Shown piece by piece: positions 12,248-23,403 of a stretch of 64,000 bases of DNA. A model generated the notes under the pieces. That model was not told the origin of the DNA. It worked only from the letters and a program-made list of their open reading frames with translations, and searched no databases. The translations under genes were made by a program, and so were the position numbers. Source of the stretch: Amoebophrya sp. A120 (Eukaryota; Protista; Dinoflagellata); the NCBI GenBank assembly GCA_905178155.1, contig CAJINV010000002.1, positions 10,459,455-10,523,454 of the forward strand, written 5' to 3'. Each line of letters opens with the position of its first letter. Position 1 is the stretch's first letter.

Positions 12248-14696
12248 TCAGAACTCGCACCAGTGCAAGTTGACGATGTCACTAGTGACGGACGACTTCT
12301 CCACGGTTGGGAGCTTCAGCAGCCGCACCTGCTTGCACGTGTTTTCGTTAATCAGATCCGCTCCGTGCTCTTTCATCGCCTCGTGCAACGTCACAGACAC
12401 CCAAAACCTTTTCTTGCTTGCCGGCATGGATGAAGCTGCACTGCCGACGGTTTGAAACTTCTGCTCCGTGGTGTCGTAGTTGTACTTGAAATCGGAGCCA
12501 GCCGGTTCCAGCACCTTGAGCGAGTTGGTAATGTTTTCATCTTGGTGCAAAATTATCGTACTGACAGAAAAGGAAAACATGGTCAGGGGAACAGCAAATA
12601 AATTATTGCGACTTTCAACATGAGAACGCCATTGCTGCAAATCAGAAAAATCACATCATACGTTTCTCATGCTCGCCAGCACCTGGTAGTACATTTCGCT
12701 CTTCTGAGCAAAGTTGTCTAGCACGCCTTTCTCAAAAACGATGTCAAAATCGTCCAGCCCCAGTTCGAGGGGCTTCGTCGCGTCGAGAACTTGGTACTTA
12801 ACTTCCGGGTTGCGTTCCTGCATCAATTTGACCATGGTGTCGGAGATGTCGGTCGCCGTGACGTCGTACCCGAACTTCGCCCGGACGGCCTCGGGCAGCT
12901 TGCTGTTGCCCGAACCCAGCATCAGGATTTTCACATTGGTATTCAGTTTCTTGTTCACCTCGTCGACCGCGCTCTTCGTTTGTTCATCTTGTTCAGGCTT
13001 GTTTCCGTCAGAAGGGGTCGGCGTGGCCGTGGAATAGTGGCGCAATATCGGCCCGTCAGGCCCGAAGAAGTCTTGCATTGTCTTCAGAGGCTTCGGTAGT
13101 TCGCCGCTGTTGTTCGTCAAAAATGCGGTCGTCTCGCTTTTCGATGCCTGCGCTGCGACGATGGTGCTGGCTGCCTCCGCACCGTCAGTGTTTTTCTTCT
13201 CGGACGTAGATGGCATTTTCGCGAATAGTTTTTCCTTGCGATTGTCGTCGATCTCCCCCACTTCCTTCATCGACAGCCGATTGCCGTCTTTGTCTACCGG
13301 GAACGTGTCGTCGTTCATGTCATCTTCTTTCTGGTAGTAGAACGGCCAGGACACCGGCAGGGAGACAAAATCTGTGTCCTCGTATCCTGTGCAAAAGTAT
13401 CGCACTCGTAGTAATTGCAATCATGCATTACAAATTTTTTTCTTAAGGTAAATCCGCATTACAAATTTGATTTGCAATGCTGGGCGAATCTGTAATGCAA
13501 TTTATACTAGTACGATACTTTTGCATTGCATACCTCGTCGCCGTCGGCGATACTGTCAATCTCCTCTTTCTCGGCCGCGTCAGTTCCCTTGAGCACCGGG
13601 GTGGTGGCGTAGGGGAAGAGTTCTTCATCGGGCGCGAAGTACCACTCGTACACGTTTCCGTTCGTCTGTTGGTACAACTGTTCCCAGTACGCCGGCTGGT
13701 CAAACGTGAACGTGTCCGTCAAGAATTCCTTCATCAGGCCGCTCAACTCCGTTTCCGGGAGCAGAGATTCCTTCTGCACCTTCACGCGAATCACGCCCCG
13801 GAGCACGGACAGCGCGTTCTGCATCTGGGCCATCAGAGCCTCGGTTTGCTTTCCCGTACCGGAAGCCCACAAAACCTACTTCATTGATTCACGACGTCGA
13901 CTTGTTTGTATTAAAGGGAAGTATAAGAGCAATAGCAAAACAGGAGTCAGTGGACGAAACAAACACAAAGCTAATCCAGGTTGCAATCTATAAACGGAAA
14001 GACGTCAAAGCAGGTGGGTCCTTTGATGTTTACGAATTCCTCCGCTCTCTTGCCGAACGCCTTCGTGTCCAGCAACAGCGTTTGCAGTTCTGCCAAAGAG
14101 TCCGAGTTCAGCTTCTCGCCGGTGGCAGCGATGACGAGCAGGTCCTCCATCATATGCATTATGAGCTTACGGATCGAGTTGTCCCGACTTCGCCGGTGGT
14201 ACGCCACCGCCTCGAAGGGATCGTGCACCTCCGTGTCCACTTTGCCCGTCATCTTGTCCTCAATCCCGGGGTACATGTCGCTGACGTCTGTTTCGCCCGG
14301 CAACTCCGGCGTGTAGCCTTTGAGGCAGTCCAGGTCCTCGTCGCAGGCCCGTTTTTCGGCGCGCTTTTTCTCCTCTCGTTCGATCTTTTCCGCGAGAGCT
14401 TTTTTCTTCTCCTCCGCCGAACTCTTGGATTTTTTCTTTCCGGGCACTGTGCCATTTCCCGACGAACCTTGCGACACCAGGTCGTACACGAAACCGGAGA
14501 AAATGCAAACACCGAGGCCCAAAACAGCAAAGAGCCAGACGGGCGTTTTGGACGCTTGGGACAACTTTTTCGAGGGGTGTTTGGAGCCGACAACATCGTA
14601 ACTCCCAATGTTCAAGCTGCTCCGCTTGCCTTCCGGAGTGCTCAAACTGCTGCGCTTTTCAGCGAACGCCCTGTTCGAATCGGAAACCGAAGACAT
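12248..14696 (-). CDS. SAM-dependent methyltransferase, METTL13 N-domain/EEF1AKMT4-like, probably with an N-terminal transmembrane extension
   Basis: Motifs FDQPAYWEQLY..YEWY, ILMLGSGNSKL, TATDIS, VLDAT, FDIVFEKGVLD. Introns at about 13876-14003, 13379-13533 and an unresolved one near 12555-12661. Joining of ORF 13971-14696 is inferred. Confidence 0.75.
13383..13532. mobile_element. TAT...ATA hairpin introner (GT-AG intron 13379-13533)
   Basis: About 40-bp imperfect inverted repeat with core tgcaaaagtatcg. Perfect 5-bp direct repeat cctcg. Two gcattacaaatt motifs. Removal gives DGDE|DTDF. Confidence 0.9.
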
Positions 14697-15233
14697 GCTG
14701 CTGCGAGCGACTTGATGCGATTGCGCCGTGAAAATCTGCCTATCGTGCCTTCGCGTCGGTATAATTGGTGTTGGACTTTCTGCACAAAAGTATACTTTAT
14801 TTTGTTGCCTGATGTTGGCTACATGACGGGATCTTCTTCTTTGCTCGATGGGGTCCGTTCACAAAGTGCCGACTTTTTATTTGGAACGGACCTGGGAACA
14901 CACACGCAAAAGCAATCGAAAGGATGATCTTTCTGCAACTAAAAGAAGAAGAACAGAAACCTACAATACCGAACGATTTTCTGTCGAACATTGCACCCAA
15001 TGTCTGACGGCTGCAGCTTCGCGAATGTGCTATTTTCCCGTGTTGTTGCGACAAGCTCTTGATCTATTCAGAGTGATCGTTCAACGCCGGAGGTACAGAC
15101 GACGTTGACGCAAACGTCGAATAGCATCTTCATGTGATTCCAATACCAAAAGCAATTCTTGTACAGTGTGTCGTTTTGTTGATTTTCTTTTTCTGCTATA
15201 CTTTTACAACAACAAAAAAAAACTTGTTCCGCC

Positions 15234-15578
15234 TCAGAGCTTCGCAAGGTTTTTCTCTAGCTGAGCTGCCTCACCGTCTCGTACGCAGGAAATCGTCTCC
15301 TGGCACTCCTGCTTGCAGCGCACTGTTATCGTGGCCCCATTCTCCGCCTGGAAGGTTTTTTCACTGCACGACGAGCTTTTCCGCGATCTCGTCGTTAGGG
15401 CAATGCTTCCATTTCCCCTGGGCATGTTTGCAAGCAGTTTCGCGTTTCTCGTCAGGAGTGCGTCGTGCTCCATGGAGGTGCGACGAGAATTCGCTTCGGC
15501 GTCGTCCGCATCTACCCGCGCCGGCTTCACCTTTCGGAGCGAGTTCCAGGTCATCGCCATCGTGATCTCCCTTGCCAA
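15234..15578 (-). CDS. Small hypothetical protein
   Basis: 114-aa ATG-initiated ORF with coding-like GC content, on the same strand as its neighbours. Confidence 0.4.
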   Translation of the reverse strand: MAREITMAMTWNSLRKVKPARVDADDAEANSRRTSMEHDALLTRNAKLLANMPRGNGSIALTTRSRKSSSCSEKTFQAENGATITVRCKQECQETISCVRDGEAAQLEKNLAKL

Positions 15579-15922
15579 AAAAATTCCCTGTGCTAGTGCT
15601 ATTCCTCACTCATGAGTCGGATTAGTTGTTTGATACCACTTTGGCGCAAGGAAGTAGGTGTGAAAGCACTGTGATCTCGTCGACGCACGCTAGAAGTGGG
15701 AGTTTCAGCCGAAATGGAAGAGGACATTCCTCGAGTTTGACGCGCTTTCTTCATTCTCTCGGAGACACGACGAATTTGCAGAGAAAAGGCAAATGTGTGG
15801 CCCGGACCCCGCCCATCCAATGTCATAGGCACTCGGAGTTGATGTAGATGTTGATGTCGCCAACGTCTTGGTCGTAATACTACGTGCTGAATGTACGAAG
15901 CGAATCCTTAGTGTACCGATTT

Positions 15923-17896
15923 TCACCCAGAGGACAGAAGCGGTTTTGCAAGGGAGGTTTCTTCCCTACGCGGGCTTTGTTTGGTTGCACGAGTCGGTCG
16001 GCGATAGTCAGGAACCAGCGTCGAAGACATTCTCATTGAAAGCGACGCATTTCGCATACTGGTCTCGGCAATGTCCGGAGTTAGAACATGCGGTACGGTG
16101 ACGAGGTCTAGAAGTTCGAGGTCGGGAGGCTGGAGTCGGGCGGCCGAGACACGACTCACAATACTGGACAGCACGCCACGGCTTACAAAACCCTCGGTCC
16201 TTTCCGTGGGCGGGTCCTGCTCCAGCTGGTGTTCTTGTAATTGCTCGAAGATGATCAAACTTTGCCGCAGTGCCAGCATTTCCTCTTCGTCGCTTTCCAC
16301 GGCGCTCTCCCGTGGCGACTCTGCGGCTGGCCGATCACTGTCCTCCTCTTCGCGCAGCCGAGCCATTGGTTTGTTCTTTATTGCCGACATCCGCGGACTA
16401 CTTGCCACCGTTTTCCTCTCCTCTTCGCTGGTCCCGGGTTGCTGTTGTAACTGGTCCATCTTGCTGCGGATCTGGTCGATGCCGGAGGTTACCAGTCGCT
16501 GTTCCGTGTCTGCCGGCACGAGCGCAGAGAAACAGCACACGGCGCACACGGACACACACCCTAGGATGAAAAAGGGGAAAAAGCTTGTGACGCCGAACAA
16601 ATCCGAGGTGAAGGAACACAGCAGCGTCCCCACGACCCGACCGATGTTGCCGTAAAGACACATGCGGCCAAACACGTGCCCGCGTTTTGTCACGTCCGGC
16701 GCACACATAGCAATCAACACCGGCTGGCTGCAGCTGCGAATGTTGTTGCCCACGTTCAGTGTCACGAGCATTAAAACGGCAAGCAACTTCTTCGACTGGT
16801 CGCAGGCGCAGAGAAGAAAAAAGGATAGGGCGGAACCGCTAGTCCCCCAGAGGAGGGCGGTCCGGTGCCCATATTTGCTCTGCACCACCGGAACGACAAA
16901 CGTCGTACTGCAAACCAGGGCGGCGGAGACCAACGACATCAGATAGCTGATCTGCAACACCGTAAACCCGATCGCGTCGCAGAAAAACAGCGTGAAAATC
17001 GCTGTCGTGCCCGCACCGGAGAAATTTCGGAAAAAACCATCCACATACACCGCCATAAGTGTGCGGGTTTGCAGTGCCGTTGCTTGAACCGGAGCGATCT
17101 TTGCGTTCGTCAGTGGCTTCTTGTGCATAGAAGTAGATGATGCTCGCGGGGCGGCAGACGTGGCCACACTTCGAGTACTTCCTGAAGTAGTGCGACTTTG
17201 ATCGTCCTGTCTTTTCCACCCGCTGTCGCCTTTCACTTTTACACTGCTCCGTAGTTCTGACTTCTTGCTTTGTTGCCTCATCGCCTCTAGCCACGCAGGA
17301 CTTTCCTGCAGATACAGAAAGTCGATGAAAAACATCGCGAGGGATAACACACCGGTGAAGAAAAACCCACAGGACCAGCTCACGGCCGACAAAACGCCTC
17401 CTACCAGCGGCCCGAACAGACAGGCCAGCGGCTGACTTGTCTGCAGCCAGTTGAGCAGCTGTCGGCGGGTTGCTTCATCTTTCGCGACGTCGGTAAAGTA
17501 CACCTGGGCAACCTCGAGAATCACCACGAAAATTCCCAGCCAGAAGTTGCTCACCGCCAGAAGCCAAATAGTCGGCGAGAAGCCCTGCGCGAACAGGCCG
17601 AAGGACACGCCGAGCGAGCTGAGATACAGAACCGTCGCCCTGCCGTAGCTGTCAGCAAGGGACGCAATCACCGGGGGGAAAACAGCACCGGACACGGCCT
17701 TCAGCGAAAAAATGATGCCCACGTCCAGCGGGGTGCCGTGCAGTTGTTTCGTCACGTAGAACGGCAGGGTCAAGATGTTCACGGATACCGCAACGAAGTC
17801 GATGAAATTCGTAAGCACAACCAAGAAGATGGAGCGCTTCGTGACAGAACAACTCAGGATCGTTTGTTGAGGACCGGCTGTACCAGATGAAAACAT
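15923..17896 (-). CDS. Major facilitator superfamily transporter (DHA1/TetA-like)
   Basis: About 12 hydrophobic segments. Motif A (ASLADSYGRA) and motif C (FGPLVGGVL). First ATG at 17896; the ORF stays open to 18022. Confidence 0.88.
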   Translation of the reverse strand: MFSSGTAGPQQTILSCSVTKRSIFLVVLTNFIDFVAVSVNILTLPFYVTKQLHGTPLDVGIIFSLKAVSGAVFPPVIASLADSYGRATVLYLSSLGVSFGLFAQGFSPTIWLLAVSNFWLGIFVVILEVAQVYFTDVAKDEATRRQLLNWLQTSQPLACLFGPLVGGVLSAVSWSCGFFFTGVLSLAMFFIDFLYLQESPAWLEAMRQQSKKSELRSSVKVKGDSGWKRQDDQSRTTSGSTRSVATSAAPRASSTSMHKKPLTNAKIAPVQATALQTRTLMAVYVDGFFRNFSGAGTTAIFTLFFCDAIGFTVLQISYLMSLVSAALVCSTTFVVPVVQSKYGHRTALLWGTSGSALSFFLLCACDQSKKLLAVLMLVTLNVGNNIRSCSQPVLIAMCAPDVTKRGHVFGRMCLYGNIGRVVGTLLCSFTSDLFGVTSFFPFFILGCVSVCAVCCFSALVPADTEQRLVTSGIDQIRSKMDQLQQQPGTSEEERKTVASSPRMSAIKNKPMARLREEEDSDRPAAESPRESAVESDEEEMLALRQSLIIFEQLQEHQLEQDPPTERTEGFVSRGVLSSIVSRVSAARLQPPDLELLDLVTVPHVLTPDIAETSMRNASLSMRMSSTLVPDYRRPTRATKQSPRREETSLAKPLLSSG

Positions 17897-18164
17897 CTTT
17901 TCACATGCCCTTGAGATCAATGAGTCACAGTGTTGATCCTCTCTCGCACCGACAGTCTCAGAATGGATATTACTGAGAAGCCACCCAGAAAAATATATGC
18001 CAAAAGCACACCTTGAACTCAAAAGATCAAAGATATATAAAACGAGGATCTGTTCATCGCCGCCGGTTCCAAAGATTTAACAAGCCTGCGCGCGAAAGCA
18101 GAGTTGAAGCTTTGTTTCCGTTCATCTCAGGATGATGAAAATTAATTGGCTTTCTTCATAATTT

Positions 18165-21100
18165 TCAGCTGACTTTTTGCCAAAGCGGAGAAACCCCCGC
18201 TGCACCAGGAGTAGCACTTCCACTTCTGCTCTTTGCGTCTATGCTATTATTGTAAAAGCCTGCGTGCTGGTAAGCGTAGGGAGCAACTCCTGCTGACACA
18301 GTAGTTGCGGTACAGGTAGCTGCAACTCGACCAGCTGCACCATTCTCAGTCAAAGTTGCTTTCCTTCTTTCCTGCAACGCTAGATTCGCCTCCCGCTGCA
18401 CCAAATGCAATTCCTTTAGCCGAATTTTCTTGTCCCGTGCGGTCGCATCGGTTCGTACCTCTTCCATCTTCGCCGCCAACTCCGCCACGCGGGCGTCCGA
18501 CTGTCGCTTCTTTTCCTCGTGCTCCCGCTTTATCGCCTCCAGCTTCGTTTCTTGCAGCTCGAATTTCATCCGCCAGTCTCTGTTCAAATCCGCGATCGCA
18601 ATTTCCTTCTCGTGCTTCGCCTGCGAAATTTCCTCGTCCTTCTTCGACGCAAGCAACGCGAGTTGCGACTCCTTCTCCAGAATCTGGGTTCGCGCTTCCT
18701 CCAGCTGAAGCTCGTAGTGGCTCTGGACCTGCTTGACCTGCAGGTCAAATTTCGCCACCCGCTTTTCAAAATGCTCGGTTTCCTGGCGCATCGCGAGCTC
18801 AATGTGCTGCAGCTTTGTGGTCTGTTGGAGGCACTCGTCGCTCTTCTTGTCCAGTTCGGACTCGACGAATTGCAAGCGGCGGGCCAGAAGTTCTTGGTTC
18901 GTACTGCTCTTCTGTTGAGATTGCCCAGCGGGGGCCGGTGGAGCACCAGTCGCCGTTGCTTCTTCTTTCTTCGGGACAGAAGTTGTTGTGGACTCCTGGT
19001 CTGCAGGCATCGCGACCGTCGTGGCCGGCGAAGTTCTTGCCGGAAGTGCAACATCAGTCCCAGGATGTGGAGTAGCAGCAGCAGTAGTGTTCGCAGCGCC
19101 AGCATCTGCCGTTGTATGGGACTCTGGAAGTAGTATGGTTGTATTTACCTCGTCCGGAGGTGCTGGTGGTTCCCCTGCACCAGCTGCGCCGGGCGCTCCT
19201 TGAGCTTTGCTCCGATCCTTCGGCTCGTCCGGAGCAGCAGCAGCAGCAGCAGCAGCTTCTCCCTTCGACTCAGCTGCAGGCTCTGCTCCGCTTTGCGCTT
19301 TGCTGCTCATGAACTGCTCGAATTCGGCAAACAGCTTGTCCGTTACCCGAGTTGCAGGAGCGGTGCTAATTGTGGTGGAACTTGATGAACTGGATGAGGC
19401 AGGTGCGCCTGTTGCTCGTGTGCTAGACGAGGACTGGTCCTTCACGACTTCAGGCAGGTGCAAGGGCGCCACGTGAAAGTCGATTGCAGGGGTCGGGAGA
19501 TCCACGTGCGGCAAATCCAGAAATTGAGCGGCTGATGAAGAAGAAGCACGAGCAACAGTTTTCATCGAGGATGTAGTTGGAACTGCGTTCGATTGACCCG
19601 GAATTACTGCAGAAACGGCAGATGTTGAGCCGACATCTTGATTTTTTTCCTCATTTCCTATTCCCGGCACAAGTGTATCTCCCACGTCGTCTGTTTCGCA
19701 AGGCTTCTTCGTGCAAGCATCTTCCTCCCCGCCCAAAATACTGGCGGTACACGTTGACTCTCTTCTGCTCAACACCAGCTTTTCTTTCTCCAGTTGCAAG
19801 ATTTTTCGTTGGTACTCCAGATTCAGCTCGTCCAGCTTGCGATTATTGATCTCGAGCATCCGCAACTTTTTCCGCGGTGAGATCCTGCTCCGACTCGTGC
19901 TCGCTTCGCTCGCGTTCGAAAACGGGAGAAGATGCTCACTCCCAAAATCCAAGTTGAGCAGGTCGTGTCCGCTGTAGCTGCGACTGTAGGCAGACAGTCG
20001 AGACTTGTTGTGCGCACCTGATATATTGGCTGCTGCGCTGAGCGCAGCTTCGTCGAGGCTGAGAAAATGATCCGACGACCCTGCCCCAGCCCCTGCTCTA
20101 CTCGAGTAATGGTCGTCGAACACGTCGAGCGCGAGCAAGTCCTCGTCGTCGCTATCCTCCTCGTCATCGGGCAACAGATTCAACAAATCCTCATGCTCAC
20201 CCGCCGGGATGATGACAGACGGAGACCCGGGAGGTTCGGAGCCGTCGTCCACGGCCTGATGTTCTAGCTCCTGCTTGATGTCGTAGTTGCCTTCTCGACC
20301 TCTTTGTTTACGCTTACTCTTGTTCTCGACTTCTGCTCCTCCGTGGGAAAGACCGCTTGCGCTGAGCAGGGCGTTGCTTCTCTTCGCTGTTCCAGCACTC
20401 ATCCTTCTTCGATTCTTCCCGGCTTTGTTCAGCGGCACGCGGTGCTGGTGGAATGAGCTCAAATTCGTGCTCCAATTCGACGTCGACCTGGAACTGTTCG
20501 GGGTTTTCACGGCCGACTTGCTGCTCGCGTTGTAGGTACTCCGCAGGTACCCTGCGTGCGGGTTATTGGCGCCTCCTGCCCGTGTGCTGCGATTTTGCGG
20601 TCTTCCAGCTACACTAGTCCTAGCCCCCGCCACGGCGAACTGGTTGGGAAAATATTGCTCCGGATGGACGACATCTGTGTCGTGGAACGGGGCCTCTGGG
20701 TGATAATCGAAAAGATCTGACGTTTTCCGGGACGATCGAGGATCATGACCGGACGGGACACCATAGCTCTGTTCTTCTTTTCTCGTTCTCCTTCCAACTC
20801 CGGCGTAAGAGCTCGAGGTCCGCGAGTTCACCGAGCCTGTGCTCGGCACGCGCTTCAGGCCACGGGGCTGCTGCACGGTGCGCGAGGCAACAAGCAACCC
20901 GTTTTGCTCTTCTTGGCCCAGCATGAGCTGCAGGTGCTCGTCCTGCTGCTGACCACGTGCGACGACTCCGGTGCCGCCCGGCGAGCGCAATAGAGAGAGG
21001 TCCAGATTGGAAAGGTCGATCGCAGCTCCAACGCTGTGCTGCTGCGCAATATGATCCATAGAGCCAATACCGCTCGTGCCAGCTCCTCCGGGAACGATAG

Positions 21101-21792
21101 AGGTCGTGCTCAGATTGCTCGATGAAGCAGCAGCGGCGTGATGGCCTCGGAGATCTGATTTTGATGTGTGGCGCAAGAGTCGGCGCAGTCTTTTGCGGTC
21201 GCTTGTAGTCACGAGTAAATCAACACGAGGACGAGTAGAATGCGCTAGTAGCTCAAGAACAGTATGCATGGCGTTTCCATTTTGATTTTGGGAACATGTA
21301 TACAGATTTTCGATTTGTTTTGCTTAAACGACAAGAACTGACAAAGGTCTACTCGAGTCTACCTCTCACAAGCGTTGCCACCCTGGTGGAGCTCGGTCCA
21401 CCTTGCTGCATGTGTGAGGCTGGAGGATATCCCGCGGGGTAGAAGGACTTCGTTGATCTATTTCCGTGCTGCTCTACGTAGGCACCTGCACCTCCATAGT
21501 GTTGTTTGCGCTGAGATGCTGGATGGTCTACCATCACACTTCTCGACGAGGTAGACGGAAAATACTGGCTTCGCGTAGCTCCTGCGGCGCCATGCTGGAA
21601 GGACGAGACTGCTTGGTCGACGCGTTGAGCAAATTCTGGTTTGGAAAACCTTCGCAAGGCTTTCTCAAGCTGATTCTGGAACTCGGGGCTCGGCTTCAAG
21701 ACACCCAGCTGTGGAACTTGTGTACGGCGATCAGCAAGCAAGGGCCGTGGATAATCCGGATCCGACGGCGAACTAGTTTTAGACTTGGACAT
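18165..21792 (-). CDS. Large low-complexity protein with a C-terminal coiled coil
   Basis: ORFs 21349-21792 and 18165-21269 join in frame across GT-AG intron about 21245-21362. E/K/Q-rich heptads at the C-terminus. Confidence 0.65.
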
Positions 21793-22382
21793 CTTGATCT
21801 TGGGAATAAAAGGCGAGGCTTCACTTTTAGCGACTAGTGACGCAGAATCTGCATGTTCCTGTGTCTAACTGCAGCAAATTTGAAGTAGGCTTTTCTCAAA
21901 AAGGTCGCGCTCAACTCTACACAACCTGAACCTTGTCCATCGGACACCTTCGTAGCACGTGAAAACATCGCTCAAACAACCAAAAGAACAGAAGAAAGCT
22001 TACGCTTACCAAATCGACTCGACCCTCGAGCCTATTCGTGATAAATAACGGCGATGTCGAAGACAAAACGACGCGACGAGGGCCAGTTTGCTACATCATC
22101 TAAATCTCTCAACAACGACAAGGGAAAGAACATTGAGCCACTTAGTACCAGAATGGGATGAAGGACAACAACACATGAACAGACAGACGACATCAATGGC
22201 CCAGCAGAGGGATATGTCGGAAACTCGTGCCCCCTTATTGTTTTCGTGACAGCGACCTGTAAAAGAAAGCAAAAGTAAGAGATGAAAACTAAAACATCTT
22301 TCTTTATCGTGCGAACTTTTTTCGGTTCAACTCGACCCGTTGGCCGAGTCCGCGCGGCAATTCCTGCTGCACTGACCGCACT

Positions 22383-22856
22383 TTATGGTAGTACGAGTTC
22401 CACTTCTGAGGCGCTGGAGGGTGCCACGAGGAAGGCCGAGTAGTCGATTCCGTTCTTCACGCAGACTGCCTTCAGTTTCTCGAGGTCAATTTGTGCTTGC
22501 TGTAGCTCCTGCACCATCTCGCCCAGCTTTTCACTCGACTCGAGCTTTTCTTGTCGGAGCTTCTCGATTTCCACTTGTGCCTCCTGCAGCTGCATCAACA
22601 CACTGCCGAGCTCCTCCCCGGTTGCGAGTTTCTCTTCCCGGGCCTTTTCGATTTCGACCTGTGCCAGCTGCAGCTCCTTCACGTAGAAGGCGACGTCCAC
22701 CTCTGGTTCGTTCGGGCGGTCCTTGGAAGAGCTCGAGGGCGCCTTGTCCTCCGTCGTGGTCTCTACTTCCAGCAACGGCTTGAGCGAGCCCGATCGCTGC
22801 AGCTTCAGTTGCCGAAGCTTCGCGCTTGACTCTGGCGGCTCACCGGCGTCGGCCAT
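22383..22856 (-). CDS. Small coiled-coil protein with three 28-aa repeats
   Basis: ELQLAQVEIEKAREEKL / QLQEAQVEIEKLRQEKL / ELQQAQIDLEKLK; GC-rich codons. Confidence 0.7.
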   Translation of the reverse strand: MADAGEPPESSAKLRQLKLQRSGSLKPLLEVETTTEDKAPSSSSKDRPNEPEVDVAFYVKELQLAQVEIEKAREEKLATGEELGSVLMQLQEAQVEIEKLRQEKLESSEKLGEMVQELQQAQIDLEKLKAVCVKNGIDYSAFLVAPSSASEVELVLP

Positions 22857-23403
22857 GGTCGGTTTTTTATTGAAGCTGGCTTTGCAAGAAGGAGGTCCTC
22901 TCCGTCTACTTTTTGGAAAACGAAAATACGACTCTCCGACACAGGAAAATGATGATCATCAACATGAAAATGATGCCTCGGAATTTCTCGCGAGACGCCA
23001 CCGTATGAGTTTTATTTTCCACCTCTCGATGCCGCACTGGCACTTCCTAATTGATTTATTTCTCTCAATGCAAAAAACAACGACACAAAACGCGGAAAGG
23101 CAGGGACATGGACACCGTGCACAGCTACAGCGATAGACAAGCGGCTTCCCACGATGTGGATCCGGCAGTGTTCCGAAAGAACTGTGGCAGTCGATCGGTG
23201 CCGATTTATTCTTGCTCGTGCTATTCAGTTGTAGCTCCAGTAGCAGTACTACTACAGCGCCGCCACCAGACCATCATAAGTCTGGCTCTGGTGTGAAAGT
23301 GATTCTGATTGTGATTGAAGTTTACGAACATGTGAAAGTGAGATAGATGAAGTAAGACTTTGCTGTGGGACGACTCGCATCGCCTCTGGTTGACCACCAC
23401 CCT

